From: Oleiphilus sp.
Lineage (GTDB): Bacteria > Pseudomonadota > Gammaproteobacteria > Pseudomonadales > Oleiphilaceae
Assembly: GCA_048058835.1 (NCBI GenBank)
Contig: JBLLNS010000008.1
Span: forward strand, 56,231 to 120,230
DNA length: 64,000 nucleotides
Reading direction: 5' to 3'
Below, piece after piece: positions 34,087 to 43,009 of the stretch. The first letter of the stretch is position 1, and each line of letters opens with the position of its first letter. Made by a program: the position numbers and the translations under genes. The notes under the pieces were generated by a model. The model saw nothing but the letters and a program-made list of their open reading frames with translations, was not told where the DNA came from and made no database searches.

Positions 34087-35487
34087 ATGACAGATAATCG
34101 CGCAGGTAGTAAAACTCACTCTAGCGATGCGAATGCATCGCAAACTCAAACAGAACAAGCCGCTCTTTGGGGCAAACAGACAGCGCTTTCTTTAAAATAT
34201 TTTGCGATCGGCAAGGAACATTTCCCCCCAGACTTCATTTTCGCACTGGTCTACATAAAAAAATTTGCCGCTCAAGTGAATTATGCCAATGGCCATTTAA
34301 GCGCGGATGGCCTAGAGGCCATAACCATTGCATGCCGTGCTATTTTGTCGGGTCATCATAATACGCAATTTCCTTTAAGTGTTTGGCAAACTGGCTCGGG
34401 AACCCAAACCAACATGAATGTGAATGAAGTGATTTGTGCCTTGGCTAACCAGCATTTGTCGACCCATCGGGCCTGTGATCAGCATTTGCACCCTAATGAT
34501 CATATCAATATGTCGCAGTCGTCGAATGATGTGTTTCCAAGTGCGATGCATGTGGTGGCAGCACAACAAACTCATGCTCATCTGCTTCCTCATCTGGATA
34601 AGATGATTCATTGTCTTGAAGCCAAGCAAGATGCGTTTCAGGATACCTACATGGTGGGGCGAACGCACTTAATGGATGCGGTTCCCATTTCTGCTGGGGC
34701 AATGTTCTCTGCCTACGCGACTCAATTAAGGGATGCTAAACAACATATTTTAGATGTATTACCGACTGTCTACCGTTTGGCGCTGGGCGGAACGGCTGTC
34801 GGCTCGGGTTGTAATGCGGATGAAAACTTTGGCGTACTGGTAGCAGAAAAGCTGGCAGAGCAATATCAATTACCTTTTGTACAGCATGAAAACTTGTATG
34901 CTGCCGTATCAGGCGAAGATAGTTTGTCGCGTTTAAGTGCCGCCTGTAAGCAAGTTTCCGAGGTGTTGCTTAAAATGGCGAATGATATTCGCTTACTCGG
35001 AAGTGGCCCTCGTTGCGGCATTGATGAACTGTTGTTGCCTGCGAATGAGCCGGGTAGTTCGATCATGCCTGGAAAAGTGAACCCCACACAATGTGAAGCG
35101 CTCAGCATGATTTGTTTGCAGATCCAAGGAAACGACTTAAGTATTTCTTTAGCCGCCTCACAAGGGCAACTGCAGCTTAATACCTATCGCCCTTTAATTA
35201 TTCATAATATGCTGATGACATTGAATATTCTTTCTGACGGCATCGCTAGCTTTACTGAAAACTGCTTACAAGGCTTAAGCCTAAACGTAGCTCGAATTGC
35301 TGAACATATGCATGATAATTTATCTGTGATCACCTTATTAGCTCCAAAAATGGGCTATGACAAGGCAACGAAAATTGTTAAACATGCCCAGCAAGCAAAT
35401 GTCGGGCTTTCAGAAGCAGCCGAAGCGCTTGGGATTTATCAGCGAGAAGAATTTCAAACTTTGCTCGATGCAGCGCTTAAAGGTTAA
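34087..35487 (+). CDS. fumC: Class II fumarate hydratase-like lyase (FumC family)
   Basis: It has WQTGSGTQTNMNVNEV, SQSSNDVFPSAMH and the signature GSSIMPGKVNPTQCEALSM (FumC-type rather than AspA-type). The N-terminal 30 aa are atypical. Confidence 0.8.
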   Translation: MTDNRAGSKTHSSDANASQTQTEQAALWGKQTALSLKYFAIGKEHFPPDFIFALVYIKKFAAQVNYANGHLSADGLEAITIACRAILSGHHNTQFPLSVWQTGSGTQTNMNVNEVICALANQHLSTHRACDQHLHPNDHINMSQSSNDVFPSAMHVVAAQQTHAHLLPHLDKMIHCLEAKQDAFQDTYMVGRTHLMDAVPISAGAMFSAYATQLRDAKQHILDVLPTVYRLALGGTAVGSGCNADENFGVLVAEKLAEQYQLPFVQHENLYAAVSGEDSLSRLSAACKQVSEVLLKMANDIRLLGSGPRCGIDELLLPANEPGSSIMPGKVNPTQCEALSMICLQIQGNDLSISLAASQGQLQLNTYRPLIIHNMLMTLNILSDGIASFTENCLQGLSLNVARIAEHMHDNLSVITLLAPKMGYDKATKIVKHAQQANVGLSEAAEALGIYQREEFQTLLDAALKG

Positions 35488-35503
35488 AGCTGAACCGAAT
35501 GAA

Positions 35504-35534
35504 TAATCCAGACTTGTCTCACAAGTCTGGATTA
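35504..35534. terminator. Hairpin between convergent genes (putative bidirectional terminator)
   Basis: TAATCCAGACTTGT-CTCA-CAAGTCTGGATTA forms a 13-bp perfect stem. The flanking U-runs are only moderate, and it overlaps the stop of the minus-strand gene. Confidence 0.5.
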
Positions 35535-36677
35535 TAAGCTTGTTAAATGATTGTCCCAGGCAATGAGCGTGTTAGGCGCGTGATTCGTTAATTCCTTCAG
35601 TAGGGCGCTTTTCATGTCAAATGAATAAAGCTTGCCAAGACCATTGGAAAAACTAAAGCCGTGCTTTCCAGAGGGGCTAATGCCGCAGACATCGTTACAC
35701 TCAAACTGTGTGATGTATTCGCCGTCGATGGCGTCCCAGAGTGTGATCACATCACCACGTGGAGAGCTAACTGCAAAGATACTTCCACTGCGATTAAAGC
35801 AGATACTGCCACAGTATTGTTGCATCTTGCGGTTGATGTGTTCGGGTGCCCAGAGTGTTTTTATTGTTTGACCCCTTTTATGAAGTCCGACCAAGGGTAC
35901 GTGATCCATTTTATCGCCTTGATATTGCATGGCGATAACCGTTGTTCCTGATTGATTAATATCAATGTGCCGAATGCTCAACTTATGTAGATGCGATGGT
36001 AATGAAACTTGTTCGAGCAGTTCACCCGTTTGTGCAGATAGATAAGCCAAGGAAGGAGCCATTTCTTCTAGGTTCAGTTTGATCCTGCCAGAATCAGGAT
36101 GAGTCAGGATACCGCCGTTGGCAACGATCACGGTTTTGTCATCGGGAGAAAGTTTAATCTCATGCGGGCCGATGCCATGAGATGGATATTGCCTGATTAC
36201 CTTAAAGTCATTCTGACTGTCTCGCACAAAAATTCGACCTTCACCTAATGCTATGTGATTTTCTGTGGTGTAGAGGAATTGACCATTGGATGAGAACACT
36301 GAATGCCCATAAAAATGATGTCCTGAAACCGGTTTAAGGTCGTAAACTTCTTTGGCTGTGTCGGCCTGAATGATTTTTAGATAGGTCCCCGGTCGACGTG
36401 CTGAAAGTGCCAGCCAATTAGCCTTCGGGTGAACTGCAATCTGGTGGGCTCGCGATGGCAATGCTAGTTTGTTGAGTATTTTTCCATTTGAGTTAAGGAG
36501 GGCGACCCAATCTTGTCCACTTGGATCGGTACCTGCTGTCACATAAGTTGGCTGGTTAACTAAACTAGCGTGCGCTAAGGCTTTAAACGATGATGCTTGA
36601 GCCAACGAACTTGAGACAAAACCCGCACTAACATGGGTGACGAAGCTTCTTCTGGTAAGCTGCAAACGCGAAGTCAC
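35532..36677 (-). CDS. DUF1513 family Tat-exported beta-propeller-like protein
   Basis: It has the Tat motif TRRSFV. It is the last gene of an imelysin/DUF1111 cluster, as in the known 4-gene iron-regulated cluster. The start codon is GTG. Confidence 0.7.
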   Translation of the reverse strand: MTSRLQLTRRSFVTHVSAGFVSSSLAQASSFKALAHASLVNQPTYVTAGTDPSGQDWVALLNSNGKILNKLALPSRAHQIAVHPKANWLALSARRPGTYLKIIQADTAKEVYDLKPVSGHHFYGHSVFSSNGQFLYTTENHIALGEGRIFVRDSQNDFKVIRQYPSHGIGPHEIKLSPDDKTVIVANGGILTHPDSGRIKLNLEEMAPSLAYLSAQTGELLEQVSLPSHLHKLSIRHIDINQSGTTVIAMQYQGDKMDHVPLVGLHKRGQTIKTLWAPEHINRKMQQYCGSICFNRSGSIFAVSSPRGDVITLWDAIDGEYITQFECNDVCGISPSGKHGFSFSNGLGKLYSFDMKSALLKELTNHAPNTLIAWDNHLTSL

Positions 36678-36679
36678 TA

Positions 36680-36979
36680 TTAGTCTCCATCTCGGCTACT
36701 AAAGCCTAAGTGAAAGCCCTGATTGTTCATTGCAGCTACTAAGTGTATTTTTAGCTCTTTTAAGGCATGAGCCAGGTTTTGCAAACTCTCATGACCTATA
36801 GGAGTTGTAATTATTTTTTCAATAAGGCTGGGGATGCTTTCAAGCACGTTTTGAATACGCTGAGTCATCAGTGGATCTGACAAAGTATGCTCTGTGGTGT
36901 CGCTATGACTCACTGGACTGAGAAGCAGAAAGACAACTAAGAAATTTTGCTTAGTGAGTCGCTTTGGTTTATTGCGCAT
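36680..36979 (-). CDS. 99-aa secreted helical protein of unknown family, in the slot normally held by a second imelysin-like gene
   Basis: It has a signal-like N-terminus (FLVVFLLLSPVSHS). Its start overlaps the upstream stop (TAATG) and its stop lies 3 nt before the downstream GTG. This tight coupling supports it being real. Confidence 0.5.
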   Translation of the reverse strand: MRNKPKRLTKQNFLVVFLLLSPVSHSDTTEHTLSDPLMTQRIQNVLESIPSLIEKIITTPIGHESLQNLAHALKELKIHLVAAMNNQGFHLGFSSRDGD

Positions 36980-38436
36980 TACAGTGATTCCACAAATTCA
37001 ATAAGTTGAGAGCGTTGTTGTAGAGAAAGTGCCATATAAGCACGCTTGATTTTTTCTGCTTCACCGCCATGCCAAAGTATGGCTTCATTGATTGATCGAG
37101 CGCGGCCATCATGAAGAAATCGCGGTTCTTTAGCTTTTTTCAAATAGTCAGCCATTCCCCATAAAGGCGCTGTTCGCCATTCCTTTCCTGTGGCGGAAAA
37201 CTCCTGCCTATTATCAGAAAGCGCGTCGCCCATGTCATGCAAAAGTAGGTCGGTATAGGGTGAAACTTGCGTCGGAATTGTACCATTATTTGAAAAGCCA
37301 GAAACTGTAATCTGGCTGATATGGCAGTGTTGGCAGCCAATTGTATTGAATAAATTTGCACCCGCATTGGGAGTGGGGCGGTTGGCTGTTTTTCTAGTCT
37401 GTTGAGGGCCTGAACTGGCGGTAAATAATTGAAGCAAGTCCGTCATTGTTTTGCTGGCTTCGATGCTGTGCGCTGATAGTAATTCTGAATCGTGTGATGG
37501 GCCTTCACCGGAATTTATTCCTCTATCATTTAAGCTGACTCCAGTGTCAGTCAGTGTCTGCTTGGCTAACTCAACGCAGTCCGTTTGGGCTGGGCTACAA
37601 TCACCTTCAGCAGCCGGGAATAACCAAGAGCTCACCCCAATATCTGTCGATAAAGCCGCTAGATTTTGTTGTTGAAGTGTTGGTTTTCCTGCCTTCCAGC
37701 CAAATCGTCCTATCGCCTTTTTATTTGAGCTTAGATCCCAAACCCAATTGATTTTGCCTGAAATACCATCGTTATTTAGGTCATCCGCATCAGCGAGTTG
37801 TAATAAGGTATGTGTAGGTATTTGTTCGAGTAATGCTAAACCGTGCAGTCGCGATGCAACCCGAGGGGAAAACCTGACATCCGGGTGCAATTCACCATAA
37901 GCAAGCTGATTAAAGTGATAGCGAGGTTCCTGAAGGGTTGTCATGCTTTTATCAGGAAATTGAACAGGGATGGGTCGTGACGTAATAGAAATTGTGGCTT
38001 CAGCATTTCCCCCTGGAAACGCAAATGTTTGCAGTTGCTTGCCATAAGTTGGCTCAGGCACAAAGCCAGTTTTTAGGAAACGCTGATGGCTAAGGTTCAG
38101 TAAGGTCTGTTGCTCTTTAGTTTCGATACTTAGTTGAATCACTAAAGAGGGCGGCACATTATTGACAGAGGCTTTGGCTGGGTTGTGGCATTGATGACAC
38201 GAACGTGCATTATAAAGTGGGCCTAGCCCGTCACTCGAGACGGTGCTTGAAGGGGAGAATACCCATAGCTTTTCGAAAATAGCCTGGCCGATCTTAATAT
38301 TTAAGTTCTGTTCTGAAAACTTGCCCACGTCGGCACTAGCTTCTTTAACATGGGTCATGTTAAAAGCGAAAGCGATGAATAAGAAATAAAAAAGGGCAGC
38401 AAGGCCACCCTTTTGAATACAGTATCTAGCTTGCAT
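36979..38436 (-). CDS. DUF1111-family di-haem oxidoreductase ('thiol oxidoreductase')
   Basis: It has two CxxCH motifs (CHQCH and CQHCH) and the C-terminal pattern WRTAPLWG...FLHDGRA...AILWHGGEA. Confidence 0.8.
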   Translation of the reverse strand: MQARYCIQKGGLAALFYFLFIAFAFNMTHVKEASADVGKFSEQNLNIKIGQAIFEKLWVFSPSSTVSSDGLGPLYNARSCHQCHNPAKASVNNVPPSLVIQLSIETKEQQTLLNLSHQRFLKTGFVPEPTYGKQLQTFAFPGGNAEATISITSRPIPVQFPDKSMTTLQEPRYHFNQLAYGELHPDVRFSPRVASRLHGLALLEQIPTHTLLQLADADDLNNDGISGKINWVWDLSSNKKAIGRFGWKAGKPTLQQQNLAALSTDIGVSSWLFPAAEGDCSPAQTDCVELAKQTLTDTGVSLNDRGINSGEGPSHDSELLSAHSIEASKTMTDLLQLFTASSGPQQTRKTANRPTPNAGANLFNTIGCQHCHISQITVSGFSNNGTIPTQVSPYTDLLLHDMGDALSDNRQEFSATGKEWRTAPLWGMADYLKKAKEPRFLHDGRARSINEAILWHGGEAEKIKRAYMALSLQQRSQLIEFVESL

Positions 38437-38446
38437 TCGAGTCTGA

Positions 38447-39784
38447 TTACTGTCCGATTAGGTCTGGGTTATCTAAGCTATCTGAGCCTTCTAGCTCTAT
38501 ATTCTCAAGACCAAGTGCGATGATCACCTTCTCAGTGACTCTCGCTTGCGCAACAAGCGCCTCTACAATTTCTTTTATGATTTGGTTACCGGCAAGGTTA
38601 CCTTCCCCAATTAATAAATCAAAAGTATTACCCTTAGAGGCTTGATCAACCATGACCTGCATGGCCGTTTCAGTGGCTGCTAGGCTTGCCTTCATTTCAG
38701 CATCGAGTGCCGCATTCTGTTGACTGACTAAATCAGAAAGGCTTGGGCCTGAGACCTTGTTACCACCGATGGTAATGTATTCACCTAAATAAACATTTTT
38801 AATGCCTTTGGCATCATAGTAGTGAGACCAGTGAGTGTTGTCAGAGAAACAATCATGCTCTTCTTCTGGGTCATGCAGCATTAAACCAAGCTTGATGCGT
38901 TCTCCAGCTAATTCGCCATAAGCTAAACTTCCCATACCCGTCAGCATGGTGGCTAAGCCGCCTTCAGTACCTTTACCCACTAAGTCTAGGTTAGCTTCAC
39001 CTTCTGCCAGCCAACTTGTGTGTATGTCTTTTAGGTCTTGTACCAGCAATGCAGCGGCTGATTGGAGATAAGCACGACGGCGATCGCAATGTCCGCCGGT
39101 ACAATTTTCTAGGGAGTAATCACTTGCCGGGCGCTTACCTGCACCGGGATTTGTGCCGTTTAGGTCTTGTCCCCAAAGTAAAAATTCAATGGCGTGGTAG
39201 CCGGTTGTTACATTAGATTCTACTTCGTCGATTTCATGTAGCGTGGTCGATAAAAATTCAGGTGTGATTTGGCTGGCATCAAGCGTTTTACCACCGATCG
39301 TGAGCGTTGGGTTAGCAATGATATTAGCCGTATAGAATGGGTTTTCATCGGAGTCGCTGCCGTAAGTGGGGCTAACATAATCGATCAGACCTTCATCCAA
39401 AGGCCAAGCATTTACTTTACCTTCCCAGTCATCCACGACTGAATTACCAAAACGATAAGCTTCAGTTTGTTGGTAGGGAACGCGTGCGTTTACCCAAGCT
39501 TGTTTAGCTTTAGCTAGGTTCTCTTCAGTGGGAGAGGCTAAAAAGTTATTGATCTCTTGTTCTAATGTCTGAGCGCTAATATAGGCATCTCCATAACTGG
39601 CTTCTGCAATGTTGATGTAAGTAGACAGCACAGCTTCAGCCGATACAAGGTCTGCTTCTGGTTCAGACCCAGACATGGACTGACAACCTGTGAGTGTTAC
39701 GCCAAGGATTAAAGCGCATGGTTTGAATAAGTTAGCGAGTTTTCCTGTAGAGAAAAAATTGAAATGATGAGTGAGTGTTTTCAC
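38447..39784 (-). CDS. Imelysin (peptidase M75 / IrpA-like) lipoprotein
   Basis: The lipobox is LTGCQS. It has GYHAIEFLLWGQD (HxxE motif) and a second-half motif HDCFSDNTH. The start is set at GTG 39784 after AAGGAC. Confidence 0.8.
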   Translation of the reverse strand: MKTLTHHFNFFSTGKLANLFKPCALILGVTLTGCQSMSGSEPEADLVSAEAVLSTYINIAEASYGDAYISAQTLEQEINNFLASPTEENLAKAKQAWVNARVPYQQTEAYRFGNSVVDDWEGKVNAWPLDEGLIDYVSPTYGSDSDENPFYTANIIANPTLTIGGKTLDASQITPEFLSTTLHEIDEVESNVTTGYHAIEFLLWGQDLNGTNPGAGKRPASDYSLENCTGGHCDRRRAYLQSAAALLVQDLKDIHTSWLAEGEANLDLVGKGTEGGLATMLTGMGSLAYGELAGERIKLGLMLHDPEEEHDCFSDNTHWSHYYDAKGIKNVYLGEYITIGGNKVSGPSLSDLVSQQNAALDAEMKASLAATETAMQVMVDQASKGNTFDLLIGEGNLAGNQIIKEIVEALVAQARVTEKVIIALGLENIELEGSDSLDNPDLIGQ

Positions 39785-39879
39785 AGAAACGTCCTTTGTG
39801 GTAAATTTTTTATGAATCCTAATGTAAATGATAATGATTAGCAATAAGGTGGATTTACTGTAGCCCTAATTAATTAGAT

Positions 39880-41031
39880 TTACTGCTTCTCGTAGCGACG
39901 GTCTGTCAATGTTTCCAAGAAAGCGGCAATCGCATTAATGCGTTTCTGATCGAGAGCCGCGCCTTTCTTTAATAAATCAAGAGCAAGGTTGTCTGCGATT
40001 TCAGGTTTTGCCCACGTTTGTTGTGTCTCGGGGTTTATCTGATTTTGTGGTTTACGTGAATTGTATTGATTATAAAATGCAATCACAGTGGTTAACTTTT
40101 TAAATACGCCATTGTGCATATAGGGTCCGGTAATGGCGACATTACGTAAAGTAGGGGTTTTAAATTTGCCGCGTTGTTCAATGTCGGTGACCTTTGGATT
40201 GTTTAATAGGCCTGAATCCTTGAAATCAGCTGCTTGTCCGTTCACTCGCCTAAGTTCGGGGTTTTCGGGAACACCAATATTGTGGTAACGATAATCTGAG
40301 AAAGTTTCATTTTGACTCAGTGGCCGTTTATTGAGTAAGTGACACTCACTGCAATTGGTAAACTGTTCTGAGAAAAATAGCGTCATGCCTAACTCTTCTT
40401 TTTCTGATAATTCATATTCACCTTTTAAGTACCTATCGTACTTGGAGTCAAATGGCGAAAAGAAGTCTGTTCTTTCGAATGCCGCGATACTTGTTTTTAG
40501 CGCCTCATAGAAAGTATCAGAAGACTGAAATACTTGTTCGCCATAAACCTCTTTGAAGGCGGTCTGATAATGCTCATCTTCGTAGAGCCTCTGTTTGAGT
40601 GCTTCTTTACTGGGCATTGCCATTTCAATTGGGTTCAAGGGCGGGCCGCCAGCTTGCCCTTCAAGATCATTTTCACGGCCATCCCAAAACATCCCGCCTT
40701 TATAATCGCCTTGTTTATCTTGCTGAAATTCAGGAATTTGACTGGCATAGGCTAGTGTGGGGGTGTTTCTATCACCCATCGATAAATTATCGTGCCCTAA
40801 GGAGCCTGCACCCTGACTGGCATTTTCTCGCTTATCTATGAATGCATTTGCTGGGTCATGACAGGTCGCGCAAGATTGAGATTGTGATAAGGATAGAATC
40901 GGATCGAAAAATAATCGTTGTCCTAATGCTTCCTTTTTTTCCTGCAGCGTCTGCCCAGAGGCGAGACTGCTAAAGAACTGCGCGCTAAGGCAGCTAAACA
41001 GGAACAAAAAAAAGTTAAGCGAGTTTTTCAT
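39880..41031 (-). CDS. Di-haem cytochrome c peroxidase (CCP/MauG family)
   Basis: It has a signal peptide, the haem motifs CATCH and CSECH, and the patterns PTLRNV and GPYMHNG. Confidence 0.85.
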   Translation of the reverse strand: MKNSLNFFLFLFSCLSAQFFSSLASGQTLQEKKEALGQRLFFDPILSLSQSQSCATCHDPANAFIDKRENASQGAGSLGHDNLSMGDRNTPTLAYASQIPEFQQDKQGDYKGGMFWDGRENDLEGQAGGPPLNPIEMAMPSKEALKQRLYEDEHYQTAFKEVYGEQVFQSSDTFYEALKTSIAAFERTDFFSPFDSKYDRYLKGEYELSEKEELGMTLFFSEQFTNCSECHLLNKRPLSQNETFSDYRYHNIGVPENPELRRVNGQAADFKDSGLLNNPKVTDIEQRGKFKTPTLRNVAITGPYMHNGVFKKLTTVIAFYNQYNSRKPQNQINPETQQTWAKPEIADNLALDLLKKGAALDQKRINAIAAFLETLTDRRYEKQ

Positions 41032-41170
41032 AGAGTCCGAGTTGTGGGTAGTAGAGGAGAACTTAGTTTAAATGAAACGCATTCCCGTTTGTAGTGCGCC
41101 CTGTTTTAGAAGGCTTGGCCAAAAATGAGACCTTCTGGAGGAGTAATCGAACTTAAATTAAAGGTGATGG

Positions 41171-41189
41171 AATAAATTCATCATTTATT
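41171..41189. promoter_or_regulatory. Perfect 7-5-7 AT-rich palindrome in a divergent promoter region (possible Fur-type operator)
   Basis: AATAAAT-TCATC-ATTTATT. In the best register it matches only about 10/19 positions of the Fur consensus GATAATGATAATCATTATC. Confidence 0.25.
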
Positions 41190-41244
41190 TGGCTAGCCAG
41201 TAAATAAACTAGAAACCGGTTTTTCATAAGCTGAATCATGAGCT

Positions 41245-41727
41245 ATGTTTAATGATATGTATAAAAATGCATCAATACTAAGGCTTATATTCTGGGTTGC
41301 TATCTTGCTTGTGTCGCGAGAGCTATTCGCACAACCAGAAGAAATGCCAGCCAGTCAAACCATCGATGCCCCTGAATTCGTTATTGTTCACCCTTTGGTC
41401 ACCAGTCAACAGCTTAGCCTCAATGAATTACGTTCCATCTTTAGCTTACGAGCACGGAAGTGGCCAGATGGCACTGCCATCACTGTGTTTGTATTAAGAG
41501 ATGAGCACGTTATTCATCGACAGTTTTTAATGCATACCTTAAAAATGCTGCCTCATCAATTACGCCGGCAATGGGATCGTTACATCTACTCTGGCATCGG
41601 CCAAGGCCCAGTGGTCGTTGAAACACCAGAAGATATGCTGATGGCTGTCAAAAGCACAGTCGGCGGAGTTGGTTATATAGAAGGAGGTGTGATTGATGAG
41701 TCAGTCAATATACTTCCCATTAAATAA
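41245..41727 (+). CDS. Small periplasmic PstS/PBP-like domain protein
   Basis: It has a signal peptide. The sequence LSLNELRSIFSLRARKWPDGTAITVFVLRDEH...AVKSTVGGVGYI fits the phosphate-binding-protein-like fold pattern, but at 160 aa it is only about half size. Confidence 0.55.
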   Translation: MFNDMYKNASILRLIFWVAILLVSRELFAQPEEMPASQTIDAPEFVIVHPLVTSQQLSLNELRSIFSLRARKWPDGTAITVFVLRDEHVIHRQFLMHTLKMLPHQLRRQWDRYIYSGIGQGPVVVETPEDMLMAVKSTVGGVGYIEGGVIDESVNILPIK

Positions 41728-41755
41728 CATTCCATCATTTAGAAAGAGTTGTCTT

Positions 41756-43009
41756 ATGAGGAGAAAGTCGCTAATAAAAGCGCTTTTTGGCTTGCTTTTA
41801 TTAATAACCTCGCTCGCTCAGCTAGCGAACGCAAAAACGGATAGCTCAGCGACCGTCGATTCAAATTCGTGGCTAGATGACATTAAATGGCATGGTTTCC
41901 TTAGCCAAAATTTTGTGATGACTGATGAAAATGATTTTTTAGGGTCTAGTTCAGATGGCAGTTTTAAATCGAATGAGGCAGGTTTAAATGGTTCATGGCG
42001 CCAATCTGAATCGCTTCAGTTTTCCATTCAAGGGTTATACAAACAGATTGGTAACGCCAAGCCGAAAGGCACACGTTTAGATTACGCCATCATGGACTGG
42101 CGCTATCTGGATAGTTTTTCTCATGGAGCGGGTGTTCGCCTCGGTAGGCTTAAGAACCCCTATGGTTTTTTCAATGAAACCCGCGATGTCGCTGAGACGA
42201 ATATCAGCATATTATTACCTGAATCCATTTATATCGATTACCTAAGTCAACTTTTACATTCTTCTGATGGTGCGGGTGTTTATAGTCATCATGAGACACA
42301 GTCCGGTACCTTTGCCATCAATGCACAACTAGGCCGGCCTATTTTAAATGATCAAATTACTTCAACTTTGGTAGGCAACCCGAATACTGAAGGCGACATC
42401 AGTAATGCGCGTGGCGGTTTTGCAAGGCTTAGTTATGAAAATGGCTCTGGCCTATGGCGCAGCGCATTATCCTATATCCATTTTTCCGGCGATTTTAGTC
42501 CTGTCGATAGCGACCCTGGCTTCCTGCAAGATGGTACGATCACGATAGAACAGCTTATGTTATCGCTTGAATTGAATTGGAAAGATTGGCAGTTTATTTC
42601 AGAAATACAACGTCGAGATGTTCAGGCAAAAGATATTTTTGCCTTTAACGATCATATCGTCGAAAAAGGTTTATTTTATTACCTACAAGTCGTCTATATG
42701 CCAGACCCGTTTTGGAAAATATACCTCAGGCGTGATGAAGCTTTTCGTTTCAAAAATGACCGTCACGGCAGAGAGTATTTGGCCAATGCTCAAGCCTTAA
42801 ATCCGTTTACTGACACCCAGCATCATGCGGCTTTTGCCAAAGATACCACGCTTGGATTTAGGTATTCACCTTCATTTGAGTGGTCTTTTGCCATGGAAGT
42901 CCATCAAATTGACGGGACTTTTTGGTTGCCAAATATCGAAAACCCAGACTTAGCAAACCAACAGCGCTATTGGAATATGTTCCTGGCGCAAGTGGCGTAT
43001 CGATTCTAA
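41756..43009 (+). CDS. Outer-membrane beta-barrel protein (porin-like), family unknown
   Basis: It has a signal peptide (LAQLANA), alternating beta-strand-like segments and the C-terminal YRF typical of OMPs. The start is trimmed to ATG 41756. Confidence 0.6.
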   Translation: MRRKSLIKALFGLLLLITSLAQLANAKTDSSATVDSNSWLDDIKWHGFLSQNFVMTDENDFLGSSSDGSFKSNEAGLNGSWRQSESLQFSIQGLYKQIGNAKPKGTRLDYAIMDWRYLDSFSHGAGVRLGRLKNPYGFFNETRDVAETNISILLPESIYIDYLSQLLHSSDGAGVYSHHETQSGTFAINAQLGRPILNDQITSTLVGNPNTEGDISNARGGFARLSYENGSGLWRSALSYIHFSGDFSPVDSDPGFLQDGTITIEQLMLSLELNWKDWQFISEIQRRDVQAKDIFAFNDHIVEKGLFYYLQVVYMPDPFWKIYLRRDEAFRFKNDRHGREYLANAQALNPFTDTQHHAAFAKDTTLGFRYSPSFEWSFAMEVHQIDGTFWLPNIENPDLANQQRYWNMFLAQVAYRF

